The notes: generated from the letters alone by a model not told the origin. A stretch of 64,000 bases of DNA from a bacterium (GCA_031362565.1 JANLSU010000106.1:1-64000), one strand, 5' to 3'. Counted from the stretch's first letter, positions 31,747-41,956 are shown. Translations and numbers: made by a program.

Positions 31747-32984
31747 TGCGGGCGATGGATCGCCGGGCCGCCGCGGTGTTGTTGTTGGCCGTCGCCGGTT
31801 GCCGGCCGGCACCGCGCGTCGATGTCGCGCCCGAGCGGCACGGGTCGTCGGTGCGCGTTGGGCTCTTGGTCCGGGCGCCCGAGGCCACCCTCAAGAGTCG
31901 CGGCGCGTGGCGAGCGACGAGCGACGAAGGCACCTGGACCATTCCGGACGGTGCCAGCCTGCGCGTTTGGATGGCGGATGGACGGCTCGCCGCGGCGCTC
32001 GAGGACGGCGTGTCGCATGGCGGCGCAACCGAGATCCGTCTCGATCCCGTCGGCGACGAATCGCTCTTGGTGGTGGGCACGACGCCGTACCGGGGCGGGT
32101 TTCGATTGCGTTCCGATGCCGGCAAAGTGACCGTGATCGATGTCTTGGACATCGAAACCTATCTGCGTGGCGTCGTCGGCTGGGAGATTGGCTGGCTGTC
32201 GAGCGATTTGCGCTCGGCGGTCGAAGCGCAAGCGATCGCGGCCCGCACCTACACCTGTACGCGGTTGGGACAGTTCGAAGTGCAAGGGTTCGATGTGTAT
32301 GCCGACGAACGGGACCAGGTGTATAAAGGCGCGCTGCGCGACGACGCCGTCGTCGACCGCGCTATTGCGGCGACCAGGGGCCTCGTCTTGCGTTACGACG
32401 GCCAGTTGATCCAGGCCTATTACAGTTCCACCTGCGGCGGCTACACCTCGTGGATCGAACACGTCTGGCCCAAACCGGCCGCCGACTACTTGCGCGGCCA
32501 GCGGGACGCGGCGGCCGACGGCCGGTCGTATTGCGCCGATTCGCCGCACTTTCGCTGGACCGAGACTTGGACCGGTGCGGCGCTCGAGCAGACGTTGCGC
32601 GAAACGCTGCCACGCGTCCTGCAGTTGCCGCCGGAAACACGCGTCGGACCGTTGGTCGATCTGCGGGTGGTCGAGCGCGACGCCTCGGGCCGGGTCCTCG
32701 ACCTGGATGTCGAAACCGCCGACCGGACGTATCGGGTCCACGGTGACGCGATTCGCTGGGCGCTTCGCCCGCCGCGCCGGCCGCTCTTGCGCAGTCTCAT
32801 GTTCGAACTCGGTGTGGAGCGCGCCGGTGGTGCTCTGACGCGCATCGAAGTGCGCGGCGGCGGCAACGGCCATGGGGTCGGCATGTGCCAGTCGGGCGCG
32901 CTCGGCATGGCGCGCCGCGGTCTCGACTGCGAAACCATCTTGGAGCACTACTATCCCGGCGCGCGCTCGGCGCGGGCCTACTGA
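31746..32984 (+). CDS. SpoIID/LytB-domain lytic transglycosylase, probable lipoprotein
   Basis: Lipobox LAVAGC; YLRGVVGWE, AQAIAARTY, DQVY, GHGVGMCQ.GA, IL.HYYPG. Confidence 0.9.
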   Translation: MRAMDRRAAAVLLLAVAGCRPAPRVDVAPERHGSSVRVGLLVRAPEATLKSRGAWRATSDEGTWTIPDGASLRVWMADGRLAAALEDGVSHGGATEIRLDPVGDESLLVVGTTPYRGGFRLRSDAGKVTVIDVLDIETYLRGVVGWEIGWLSSDLRSAVEAQAIAARTYTCTRLGQFEVQGFDVYADERDQVYKGALRDDAVVDRAIAATRGLVLRYDGQLIQAYYSSTCGGYTSWIEHVWPKPAADYLRGQRDAAADGRSYCADSPHFRWTETWTGAALEQTLRETLPRVLQLPPETRVGPLVDLRVVERDASGRVLDLDVETADRTYRVHGDAIRWALRPPRRPLLRSLMFELGVERAGGALTRIEVRGGGNGHGVGMCQSGALGMARRGLDCETILEHYYPGARSARAY

Positions 32985-32995
32985 AGGAGAGAGCG

Positions 32996-33484
32996 GTGCA
33001 AATCGTCCTCATGCGTCACGGTTTGGCGGCGCACCACGGGGCGTGGTCCGATACCGAGCGGCCGCTCACTCCGGAGGGTGAGGCGGGAATCGTGCGCCTG
33101 GGCCGGGCGTGGCCGCACGGCACGCCGGTGCTGCGCATCGTCACGAGTCCGGCGCGCCGATGTCACGACACGGCACATTTGCTCGCCGCGGCGCTCGGTC
33201 AGCCGCCCGTCGTGGTTGAAAAATCGCTCCTCATGGAGACGCCAACGGCGAAGATCCTCGCGGGCTTGCGAAAGCATGCGACGGGTTCGTTCGTGGTGGT
33301 GGGGCACGCGCCGGATTTGGGCGAGATGGCGTCGGCACTGCTCGGCGCGGATGTCGCGCTGCGGTTTGCATGTGGCGGTGCCGCGGCGTTCACGGTCGAG
33401 GCGTTTCCGCTCCGCCAGCCGGGGGTCTTGGATTGGCTCCTCACGCCGGAAACCGTGGCGCCGCTGGATCGCGCCTCGGGATGA
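32996..33484 (+). CDS. sixA: SixA-type histidine phosphatase
   Basis: LMRHG, RPLT..G, SPARR..T, VVGHAP. Confidence 0.8.
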   Translation: MQIVLMRHGLAAHHGAWSDTERPLTPEGEAGIVRLGRAWPHGTPVLRIVTSPARRCHDTAHLLAAALGQPPVVVEKSLLMETPTAKILAGLRKHATGSFVVVGHAPDLGEMASALLGADVALRFACGGAAAFTVEAFPLRQPGVLDWLLTPETVAPLDRASG

Positions 33485-33497
33485 AGCGCGGCGGCAC

Positions 33498-34508
33498 TCA
33501 GGGGCGCGCCAGAGCGCGAACCCAGCTCACGACTGCCGGCAACGGATCGCGCCACGACAGCGGCACCGGCACATCGACGAGCGGCGCGTTCGCGTCGGCG
33601 CTGTCGGTGTCGATGCACGGCAGCCGCCGCACGAGCTCGAGCCGGGCGCGCATCGGCGCGACTTGAATGCCGAGCGCGGCGGCGTAGGTGAGGGCGCCAA
33701 AATCCACCCCGTCGGCGGCGGCGAGGCACACTCCAGGTCCGGGCAGTGCAGTCGATGCATGCAGGGCCAGCCGCCCGAAGCGATCGGGCGCCCACAGCAA
33801 ACGCGCGTAGCCGACGGCGCCGCGCGTCGCCATCCAGGTGGCGCTGCGTTGAACGACATCGGCGCCCTCGACGCTCGACACGAGAACATCCGGTGCCGGT
33901 GCCGGGGCCCAAGCCAGGACGCAAGAACCCGTGATCGTGCCGCTCCGGTCGCGTACCATCTGCACCTCGAGCGCCGCTTCGCCGCGTCCGAGGGTGCGCC
34001 GCAACGCGGCATCGGGCAGCGTCGTGGAGCCGCTGGCCCGATCCAGTCCGACGAAATCGAAATGCGGCGCGAGATCGCGCTCGGCGTCCGCGAGGAAGTC
34101 CATCCCGGCCGGCGAACAGCCGAGAACAAACGGCCGTGGCTCGAGCTTCGCAGCCAGTTCGAGGAGGGTCGCCCGCCAGCGTTCGGGGCGCGCCGCAAGC
34201 GGCGGCAGTACGTGCCGGCGCACACCGGCCACAAAGAGCGCCGGTTCGAGCCGGCGGGCCGAAAGCGTGATGACGTGCACCTGCCGCGCCCGCAAGCTGC
34301 GGGTGAGCGCGATGGACGGGCCGTGCGGGTCGACGAGCACGACGGGATGCTGCGCCCACGGTGCCGCGGCTGGCGCTGCGGCGTCGCCGGACGACGTGTC
34401 GAACGGCGCCGTGACCGGCATCGAAATCGGCGCCAACAGCGCGGGGTCGAATGCCGGCGGTGCATTGAACGCCGCAGAGTGCCGGGTCCGAACATCCAAC
34501 TCGGGCAC
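33498..34508 (-). CDS. divergent ATP-grasp (carboxylate-amine ligase)-like protein
   Basis: IALTRSL, LLELAAKL..RPFVL.CS...DFL.....LAPHF and C-terminal WRDPLP resemble D-aspartate-ligase-like ATP-grasp proteins; central ATP-binding part not recognisable. Confidence 0.5.
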   Translation of the reverse strand: MPELDVRTRHSAAFNAPPAFDPALLAPISMPVTAPFDTSSGDAAAPAAAPWAQHPVVLVDPHGPSIALTRSLRARQVHVITLSARRLEPALFVAGVRRHVLPPLAARPERWRATLLELAAKLEPRPFVLGCSPAGMDFLADAERDLAPHFDFVGLDRASGSTTLPDAALRRTLGRGEAALEVQMVRDRSGTITGSCVLAWAPAPAPDVLVSSVEGADVVQRSATWMATRGAVGYARLLWAPDRFGRLALHASTALPGPGVCLAAADGVDFGALTYAAALGIQVAPMRARLELVRRLPCIDTDSADANAPLVDVPVPLSWRDPLPAVVSWVRALARP

Positions 34509-34592
34509 GCAGGTCTCCAGACGTGGTGCGGTGCGATGCTGGGTCCGGCAGCAGGGAGCATGCCGTCGACGGCGTGACGACGGGAGTGCGAT

Positions 34593-35402
34593 GTGGTGCG
34601 GTTCGAATCGGTTTTAGTGACCGGCGCGTCGTCGGGAATCGGTGCGGCGTTCGCGCGCCGCCTCGCAACGTGCGGCACGCGTCGCATGACGCTCGTTGGA
34701 CGTGATACGGAACGCTTGCAAGCGCTGGCGGTGGAATTGCGCCAAGCGGGCGTCCAGTCGACCGTGTGGAGTTGTGATTTGACGCTCCCGGAGGACGTTG
34801 CCGCACTCGCGGCGCATGTCGCATCGGAGCCGCCGGATTTGCTCGTCAACAACGCCGGCGCGGGCCACTACGGAGCTTTCGTGGATCTCGACGCGGCAGC
34901 ACAATTGTCGACGATCGACCTCAACGTGCGGGCTTTGGTGGCGCTGTCGCACGCCTATGCGCGTGCGGCGAGCCGGCGCCAACGCGGTGCACTCCTGCTC
35001 GTGGCATCGACGGCGGGGTTTTTCCCGGTTGCGTATGAGTCCGTGTATGCGGCGACGAAGAGCTTCGTGATTCTCTTTGGCGAGGCTCTGGCCGAGGAAC
35101 TCCGCCACAGCGGTGTCCTGGTGCGGACGCTCTGCCCAGGTTTTACTGCGACTGAATTCGCACGGCGCGCCGCCTTGCCCCAGAGTGTGGTCGTCGGGCC
35201 GATCGCCGCCGCGGCGACGGTTGCGGCGGCCGGAATTGCCGCTTTCGGTGGCCGTGAGGTGACGGTCGTGCGCGGCCGGCGCATGCAGATCGCGGCGGCT
35301 CTCGGCCGGCGTCTGCCGTACGGGATGCTGCGCCGCATGGCGGGATGGTGGATGCGGCGCGGCCTTCAGGCGACCGGATTGACAGCCCGCCGCCGAACCT
35401 GA
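34593..35402 (+). CDS. SDR family oxidoreductase
   Basis: TGASSGIG, NNAG, YAATK, CPGFT.TEF. Confidence 0.92.
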   Translation: MVRFESVLVTGASSGIGAAFARRLATCGTRRMTLVGRDTERLQALAVELRQAGVQSTVWSCDLTLPEDVAALAAHVASEPPDLLVNNAGAGHYGAFVDLDAAAQLSTIDLNVRALVALSHAYARAASRRQRGALLLVASTAGFFPVAYESVYAATKSFVILFGEALAEELRHSGVLVRTLCPGFTATEFARRAALPQSVVVGPIAAAATVAAAGIAAFGGREVTVVRGRRMQIAAALGRRLPYGMLRRMAGWWMRRGLQATGLTARRRT

Positions 35403-35408
35403 TACGTT
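35379..35408 (+). promoter_or_regulatory. promoter of tRNA-Asp, overlapping the SDR 3' end
   Basis: TTGACA-18 nt-TACGTT with extended -10 TG. Confidence 0.6.
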
Positions 35409-35434
35409 GCCCCGGTTTGCGTCGTGGCTCATGT

Positions 35435-35511
<77 letters not shown>

Positions 35512-35554
35512 CCACGCGATTCTTCCGCCCCGCTCGCCTGTGATCGTCGGTGAA

Positions 35555-37198
35555 TCAGCCCTTGCGGCGCAAAAGCAGCAGCGTTCGATCGTCAGGCGCA
35601 TGCGCGCCCGCCAGGAACTGATCGACGCGCGCGAAGAGCTGGGCGCCCATCTCGGAGAGCGGCCCGTTCGATTCGAACAAATCCATCCACACTTCCGACT
35701 CGCCGAACAGACGCGGATTCTCGTTGTCGTCCGTCGACAGTACGTGGGCTTCGGGAATTCCGTCGCTCCACGCCGCGAGCAACGCGCCGGGCGGCAGTTC
35801 GGCGTGGCCTGATTCGAAGGTGGAGTTCGGCAAGAGGCCCACGGGCGGGCCGGTGGCAGCCAACAGAATCGGGGCGGCGCCGGGGCAGAGGATCGCGGGG
35901 AACTCCGCGTGTCCCGCATTGACGTATTCGAATTTGTGCGTGTTTGAGTCGAAGATCGCCAGAAAGAGTGTCAGGTACCCCGTCGTCTCGGAGATCTGTG
36001 CATGCACTTTCTCGACGATGCGTACCGGGTCTTGGAGTTCACCGGCCAGAGCGCGAATCGCCGCGAGCGCGTTGGCCATGAGGAGCGCCGCTCCGACACC
36101 ATGCCCGACGACGTCGCCCAAGACGAGTGCGTAGCGGCCGTCGCCCAAATCGCGCACGTCATAGAGATCGCCACCGACTTCGGTGCTGGGTTCGAGGCGG
36201 GCATGCAGTTCGTAGCCTGCCGGGCACGGTAAGTCCTGCAGCAGGAGCGTGCGCTGGATGCGCGTCGCGGTGGCGATCTCGAGCTGCATGCGCTCTTGGT
36301 CACGCTTGGATTCCAGCAATCGCGCGTTGGTGATCTTGACCGCGAGGATGTTGGCAAGCCAAGCGAGCTGGCGCAGGTGCTCTTCCGTGTACGGCGACAC
36401 GAGCTCGCGAGTGTCCGCATACAAAACGCCGATGACGCTCGTGTTGTCGAAGAGCGGCACGACGAGCGCCGAACGGATCTGCTCCAGGATGACGCTTTGC
36501 GCCACATTGAAACGTGGATCGGCGAGTGCGTCCTGCACGAGCAACGAAGTGCGCTCTTGGATGACGTTGTCGACGATCGTCCGGGAGAGTGCCAGTGCCG
36601 CCGTGCCGCCGGCGCCGGCTGCACCGCGCGAATGCGCTGCCTTGAGAACCGGCGCCCCTTGGTTGTCGAGGAGCAAAAGGCACGCCCGCTGACAAGGCAC
36701 CAGCTTTTCGACCGCATCGAGGCAGGCATCGAAGATCTCCTGGTCCGACTGGTGCCGCACCAAGAATTCGCCCAGATTGCTGATGATGTCGAACAGCGTC
36801 CCGAGGGCGCGGGTATCGCTCGCCGGCACCGCGCGCACCTCGGTCCACGCCAGCTTGACGGTCGAGTCGAGCTTGCCGTGTTCGGTCAATGCCGGCTGCA
36901 CGGTTGCGGCGTCGGCTTCGAGCGTCAAGACGACATTGCCGAGGGCGATCCGGTCTCCGGCATGCAACTCGCGCTCACCCACGAGTCGCTCGCCGTTCAC
37001 CGTCGTGCCGTTGCGGCTGCCGAGGTCGTGGATTTTCAGTGCGTCGCCGGCGCGTTCAATGACCGCGTGTTCGCGCGACACCGAGGGGTGTTGCAGCGAG
37101 ACCGGCAAGTCGCTGCGGCGCCCGATCCTGATTTCGCCTTGGGAGACCGGCCAGCGTCGCAGTGCTTCGCCCACCATGCCGACCAATTCAATTTTCAT
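35555..37198 (-). CDS. FHA-GAF-SpoIIE (PP2C) Ser/Thr phosphatase
   Basis: IGR..SREHA..DLGSRNGT (FHA); GAF region; VGGDLY, GDVVGHG, NAGH, SDG, DDRT (PP2C). Confidence 0.9.
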   Translation of the reverse strand: MKIELVGMVGEALRRWPVSQGEIRIGRRSDLPVSLQHPSVSREHAVIERAGDALKIHDLGSRNGTTVNGERLVGERELHAGDRIALGNVVLTLEADAATVQPALTEHGKLDSTVKLAWTEVRAVPASDTRALGTLFDIISNLGEFLVRHQSDQEIFDACLDAVEKLVPCQRACLLLLDNQGAPVLKAAHSRGAAGAGGTAALALSRTIVDNVIQERTSLLVQDALADPRFNVAQSVILEQIRSALVVPLFDNTSVIGVLYADTRELVSPYTEEHLRQLAWLANILAVKITNARLLESKRDQERMQLEIATATRIQRTLLLQDLPCPAGYELHARLEPSTEVGGDLYDVRDLGDGRYALVLGDVVGHGVGAALLMANALAAIRALAGELQDPVRIVEKVHAQISETTGYLTLFLAIFDSNTHKFEYVNAGHAEFPAILCPGAAPILLAATGPPVGLLPNSTFESGHAELPPGALLAAWSDGIPEAHVLSTDDNENPRLFGESEVWMDLFESNGPLSEMGAQLFARVDQFLAGAHAPDDRTLLLLRRKG

Positions 37199-37231
37199 AC
37201 GGTTCAAGGTATCGAGATGACCCGTGGACCG

Positions 37232-37972
37232 TCAAGCGGGCGTGGGGCGCGCCGCGCGGTCGACGAGCCACGTCACGCGTCCATCGCGCAATACGACTTG
37301 CTGCGCGGGGAGTGGCTCGTTGCCAACGGGCGGGGCAAGGACGCGCGCCAAAATGGCGGCTTTGGCGGCACCCGTCACCAGGAACAGTGCGGCACCGGCC
37401 GCGTCGAGCGCCGCGAACGTCAACGTGAGGCGCGGTGCGATGCGTGGCGCGGGTGTCGCGACGACGTAACGGGCGCGTTCGGCGACTGCCGGCTGGCCGG
37501 GGAAGAGCGACAGCGTGTGTCCGTCCTCACCCAAGCCGAGCAGCACGAGATCGAGGCGCGGCGGTGTGCCGAGCAATTGCCGGAGCTCGTTCTCGTACTC
37601 GAGTGCCGCCTCGTCGAGATCCGTCGAGTCGGCCGGCATGCGATGGACGCGGGCGCGTTGCGCCGGCGACGAAGCCAGGAACGCCGTGTGCGCCAAGTTG
37701 TAGTTGCTATCCGGGTGGTCGGCCGGCACGGCGCGCTCGTCCCCCCAGAAGAGATCGACGTTCTCCCATTGGATGTCCGTCCGGCGCCCGAGTTCGGCGT
37801 ACAGGGCGCGCGGCGTGTCGCCACCCGCGAGCGCCACCGCGAAGCGGCCGCGGGCCGCGATGGCGTTCTGCGCCGCGAGCGCAAACCGGTCGGCCGCCAG
37901 ACGCGCGACTGCCGCTCTGTCGCTCGCGACGACGATTTCCCGTCCTGCCACGCCGGCGCGCGCGCGGCTCAT
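37232..37972 (-). CDS. pgl: 6-phosphogluconolactonase
   Basis: LAGGDTP, GDERAVP, SNY, LGLGEDGHTLSLFP. Confidence 0.95.
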   Translation of the reverse strand: MSRARAGVAGREIVVASDRAAVARLAADRFALAAQNAIAARGRFAVALAGGDTPRALYAELGRRTDIQWENVDLFWGDERAVPADHPDSNYNLAHTAFLASSPAQRARVHRMPADSTDLDEAALEYENELRQLLGTPPRLDLVLLGLGEDGHTLSLFPGQPAVAERARYVVATPAPRIAPRLTLTFAALDAAGAALFLVTGAAKAAILARVLAPPVGNEPLPAQQVVLRDGRVTWLVDRAARPTPA

Positions 37973-39087
37973 GGGACGTCCGCCAGGCGCGCCGCCATGT
38001 GGAGGGCATCTTCGAAGGCGGCATTGCGGCGCGGCCGCGCCAGAACGCGCGCCAGTTCGGCGCTCGAGTCGAGTGGTTTGACCACGAGACGTTGTGGCAA
38101 CGGACAGGCATCCGGCCGTTCGACCCGGCCGATGAGCAGCGCTGGTTCGCGCTCGTCCACTTCGACGCTGAACAGAGTGTCGTCGGCGGCGCGTAGAACG
38201 ACGCGCGTCAGGAGTGATGCGCCGGGGTCGAGCGCTCGGGCGGGGCGCGATGTGAGCGTCAGCCGCGTTTCGCCTTGCGGGCGTAGGAATCCCATCCTGC
38301 CACCGACCGGCGCTGCATTCCAGCCCAAGCGCGATCCCAGCCAGCCGGCGAAGAGCAGCGCCAGAGATCGACCGGCGGGCGTGTGCTCGACTTCGATCGC
38401 GTGCACCGAGGCCAGGAGTGCGTCGAAGGGCGGCGCATCGAATGGTGCCGCCGCGAGTTCACGCCATGCGTCGAGGCGCGACCACGCGACGTCGGCCACT
38501 GCGGGGCCGGACTCGGAGCGCGCCCAGCGTGACAGGGCGCCGAGTCCGGGTCCGGCGTCGGCGAATTGCGTCGAATCAATGACGAGCAGATCGACATGCC
38601 GCGCCAAACGCGTCAGCAGTGGGCCTTCGAGTGCAGCTTCGCCCGGCCACCACAGGGCGGTCGGCAGGTCGGGCACGAGGAGCGCCAGGAGCGTCGACGG
38701 CAGCCCGGCGGCCGCGGCCGGCGTGACGCGGATCGTAATCTGCTCGCAACACAGCTGCTTGCCGCCCGGCCCGAGCGCCTGACAGTGCGAGGAAATCCAG
38801 GCTTCGAGCGCCGCATGCTGTGGCACCGGGCCGGCATCGAGCAACACGAACGCGCGGCAGGGAATGACCTCCGAAACCCGCGCCACGACTTGCACTGCCG
38901 CGGCTTCGCCTTCGAGATCCGAAACGCGCACGATGAAGTTGAGCATCGAGGCGCGCAGGATGGCGCTCTCGCCGTCGCCTTCGCTCGCCGAGCGCCAGAC
39001 GTGCTGCAGCTCGCGTTCGATCTCGGCGACGTCGACGGCGCGTGGGCGCCCGGAAGTGAAGGTTTCGAGAGCTTCGCGCTCGTTCAT
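37969..39087 (-). CDS. opcA: glucose-6-phosphate dehydrogenase assembly protein OpcA
   Basis: IERELQHVW, CCEQI, LLVPDLPTALWW, D.AWSRL..WR; between zwf and pgl. Confidence 0.85.
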   Translation of the reverse strand: MNEREALETFTSGRPRAVDVAEIERELQHVWRSASEGDGESAILRASMLNFIVRVSDLEGEAAAVQVVARVSEVIPCRAFVLLDAGPVPQHAALEAWISSHCQALGPGGKQLCCEQITIRVTPAAAAGLPSTLLALLVPDLPTALWWPGEAALEGPLLTRLARHVDLLVIDSTQFADAGPGLGALSRWARSESGPAVADVAWSRLDAWRELAAAPFDAPPFDALLASVHAIEVEHTPAGRSLALLFAGWLGSRLGWNAAPVGGRMGFLRPQGETRLTLTSRPARALDPGASLLTRVVLRAADDTLFSVEVDEREPALLIGRVERPDACPLPQRLVVKPLDSSAELARVLARPRRNAAFEDALHMAARLADVP

Positions 39088-39097
39088 GCCTGTTGCC

Positions 39098-40648
39098 TCA
39101 TGACCGGCGCCACGAACGGCCGCTGCGCTGCACCAGCGCGTCGGCTTTCCCCGGACCCCAAGTGCCGGCCTCGTAGGTGGGGATTTCCGTCGCGCCTTGC
39201 TCGAGCCAACGCTCCTCGATCGGATCGACGATCTCCCAGGATCGCACGAGCATGTCGCGCCGAATATAGAGCGACGGATCGCCGAGGATCGCATCCAGCA
39301 GCAAGCGCTCGTAGGCTTCGGGCGGCTCCTGGCCGAAAGACGTGCCGTAACGAAAGTCCATGTTGACCTCGCGCGGCTCGACATCGGGCCCGGGCGTTTT
39401 GGAGACGAAGCGCAATGAAATGCCCTCGTCGGGCTGGATGCGCAGGATGAGGGCGTTGGGTTGCGGCGGCGCTTCGGCGGCGAACAGCAAGTGGGGCACG
39501 GGCTTGAAGTGAATCGCGATCTCCGTGACGCGGCGCGGCAAGCGCTTCCCGGCGCGCAAGTAGAACGGCACTCCGGCCCAACGCCAGTTCTCGACCCGCA
39601 AGTCGAGCGCCACGAACGTTTCGGTGGTCGAATCAGGACTCACTCCCGGCTCGCGACGGTAGCCCGGCACCTCGACACCGCGCGACCATCCGGCGGCGTA
39701 CTGTGCGCGCACGACGCGGGCATCGATTTCGTCCCGGCTCATGGGCCGGATGGCGCGTAGTACCTTGGTCTTCTCGTCGCGGACCGCGTCTGCATCCCAG
39801 GTCACCGGTGCTTCCATGGCGGTGAGTGCCAGAAGCTGCAGGGCGTGGTTCTGCACAATGTCGCGCATGATCCCGGAGGTCTCGAAGTAACCGGCGCGGC
39901 CCTCGATCCCGATATCTTCGCTGACCGTAATTTGCACGTGGTCGACGTATTTTTGATTCCAGAGCGGTTCAAAAATGCCGTTCGCAAATCGCAGCACCAA
40001 GATATTCTGGACGGTTTCCTTGCCCAGGTAATGATCGATGCGAAAGATTTCATTCTCGCGAAAGTGCCGCGCGAGTGTCGAGTCCAACTCGAGCGCGGTC
40101 GCCAGATCGCGCCCAAAGGGCTTCTCGAGCACGATGCGCCGGAAGCCGGGGACACCCTCTTGGTGCGCGAGCCCGCCACGTCCCAGATTGTCGGCGATGA
40201 CCGGAAAGCTCGTCGGCGGGGTCGCCAGGTAGTAGACCCGGTTGCCGCGCAAGCCGAACTGCGCATCGAGGGCCGCGAGGTGCTCGGCCAACCCGGCGTA
40301 CGCGCTCCGGTCGTCGAAGTCGAGAGAGTGGTAGCTGATGCGTGGTGCGAGCGTTGCCCAGGTGCCGGGATCGATCGGCCGGAGGCGCGAATGCTGTTGC
40401 ACGCCTTGGTGCAGTTGTTCCCGAAACGCGTCGTCGGACATCGGCCGCCGGGCGACGCCGACGATGCTAAGTCCCGCCGGCACCTGGCCGGTGCGCACCA
40501 ACCCGTAGAGCGCCGGCACGAGCTTGCGTTTGGTCAGATCGCCGCTGGCGCCGAAGATGACGACCGCCGCGGGTTCCGGCGTGCGCTCCAAGTGCGACCC
40601 GGCGCGGAGGGGATTCGCGAGATTCAAGTGCTCTCCCAAGGGTTCCAC
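39098..40648 (-). CDS. zwf: glucose-6-phosphate 1-dehydrogenase
   Basis: GASGDLTKRKL, EKPFG, RIDHYLGKETVQN, RAGKR; start approximate. Confidence 0.95.
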   Translation of the reverse strand: MEPLGEHLNLANPLRAGSHLERTPEPAAVVIFGASGDLTKRKLVPALYGLVRTGQVPAGLSIVGVARRPMSDDAFREQLHQGVQQHSRLRPIDPGTWATLAPRISYHSLDFDDRSAYAGLAEHLAALDAQFGLRGNRVYYLATPPTSFPVIADNLGRGGLAHQEGVPGFRRIVLEKPFGRDLATALELDSTLARHFRENEIFRIDHYLGKETVQNILVLRFANGIFEPLWNQKYVDHVQITVSEDIGIEGRAGYFETSGIMRDIVQNHALQLLALTAMEAPVTWDADAVRDEKTKVLRAIRPMSRDEIDARVVRAQYAAGWSRGVEVPGYRREPGVSPDSTTETFVALDLRVENWRWAGVPFYLRAGKRLPRRVTEIAIHFKPVPHLLFAAEAPPQPNALILRIQPDEGISLRFVSKTPGPDVEPREVNMDFRYGTSFGQEPPEAYERLLLDAILGDPSLYIRRDMLVRSWEIVDPIEERWLEQGATEIPTYEAGTWGPGKADALVQRSGRSWRRS

Positions 40649-40994
40649 GGCGTCCAGCGAAGCATCAACACGAGGTCTCGAGATGGCGCGGCTTCGCTTC
40701 GCAGTGCAGTCCGGTGGTCGCGCTTGGCCGCCGCTAAAATTCAAGGCGGGCAGAGTTCGAAACCCCGCCCGCCTTTGTCTCCTGCAAGTCACGCTCCGGA
40801 GCGTTACGCCGAGCGCGGCAGGAGAGGGTTGTATGGGTCGCGCCTCTTTCAGAACGCGGGCCGAGTGTAATCGCGTCGGTCTGGAAGTCAAGGGTACCGG
40901 GCCCGGCCGAGCGACGCCCCGCTGCATTGACCGCGCCAGCCCCGGACCTACGCTCGGGAGCAGGGCACGCGCCTGCAGGCCCGAAGGAGATTCG

Positions 40995-41933
40995 ATGGCG
41001 ATGGCTGCAGCGCGTTCGGCCGCGCTTCCAGACGGTCCGCGGCTCGGCCTTGCCCTCGGTGGCGGCCTGCCCTTCGGGGCTGCCGCGATCGGCGTGCTCG
41101 ATGTCCTCGAACGCCATTCGCTGCCGCCGGCCTGCATCGCTGGAACCAGTATGGGCTCCATCGTTGGATTGCTGTACGCATTCGGTTACACGCCGGCCCA
41201 ACTCGAAGCGCATTTCGAGGCATTCTTCAAGACCAAGCGCCTCGTCTCGGTGCTGCTGCGTGATTTGCGGCCGTCGCGGTCGGGTTTCGTGCAGGGCAAG
41301 GAGGTCCTGCGCGCGATCTCGGCGCTCGTTCCCGAAGGCGTCTGCTTCGAGGACTTGCGGATGCCGTTCGCGGTCCCGGCCGCTTGCCTGCGGACCGGCC
41401 AAGAAATCGTCTTCCGTTCGGGCCCGGTCCTGCCCGCCGTTCGTGCCTCCATCAGCATGCCGGGCATTTTCACGCCGGTCGAATGGGGCGGCACGTATTT
41501 GGTCGATGGCGCGGTGATTTCGCCCGTGCCGGTTCACATTCTCCCCTTGTTGGGGGCTGACGTCGTCGTCCCGGTGCGTGCCGTGCGAGCCCACCCGCCC
41601 GGACCTCGCCAGCGTATTGCCGACGTGCGCGACATCGATGGCAGCGCACCGCATGTCGCGCCGCCGGGCCTTCTCCAACTGATATGGCGCTCGTTGTCGC
41701 TTCTGCTCCAAGATCAGTTCGCGGCGCTTGTCATGTCGCAATATCCGCTCCGGATCATGCCCGAGATCCCCGCCGACGACGCTTCCAATACACACAAAGT
41801 CGGTGCGATCATCGAACTGGGGCGTCGCGCCGCCGAGCTGCAAATCGATGCGATTCGCGCCGCCCTGCGAACGGTGCGCTCACCACGTGACGTCACACCG
41901 GGCGCCGCATCCTCCGAACGCCTCGTCACCTGA
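40995..41933 (+). CDS. patatin-like phospholipase
   Basis: LALGGG, GTSMG nucleophile, RASISMPG.F, LVDGA; AAGGAG RBS. Confidence 0.88.
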   Translation: MAMAAARSAALPDGPRLGLALGGGLPFGAAAIGVLDVLERHSLPPACIAGTSMGSIVGLLYAFGYTPAQLEAHFEAFFKTKRLVSVLLRDLRPSRSGFVQGKEVLRAISALVPEGVCFEDLRMPFAVPAACLRTGQEIVFRSGPVLPAVRASISMPGIFTPVEWGGTYLVDGAVISPVPVHILPLLGADVVVPVRAVRAHPPGPRQRIADVRDIDGSAPHVAPPGLLQLIWRSLSLLLQDQFAALVMSQYPLRIMPEIPADDASNTHKVGAIIELGRRAAELQIDAIRAALRTVRSPRDVTPGAASSERLVT

Positions 41934-41956
41934 CGCGGCGCGACAGTGCTGCCGAA

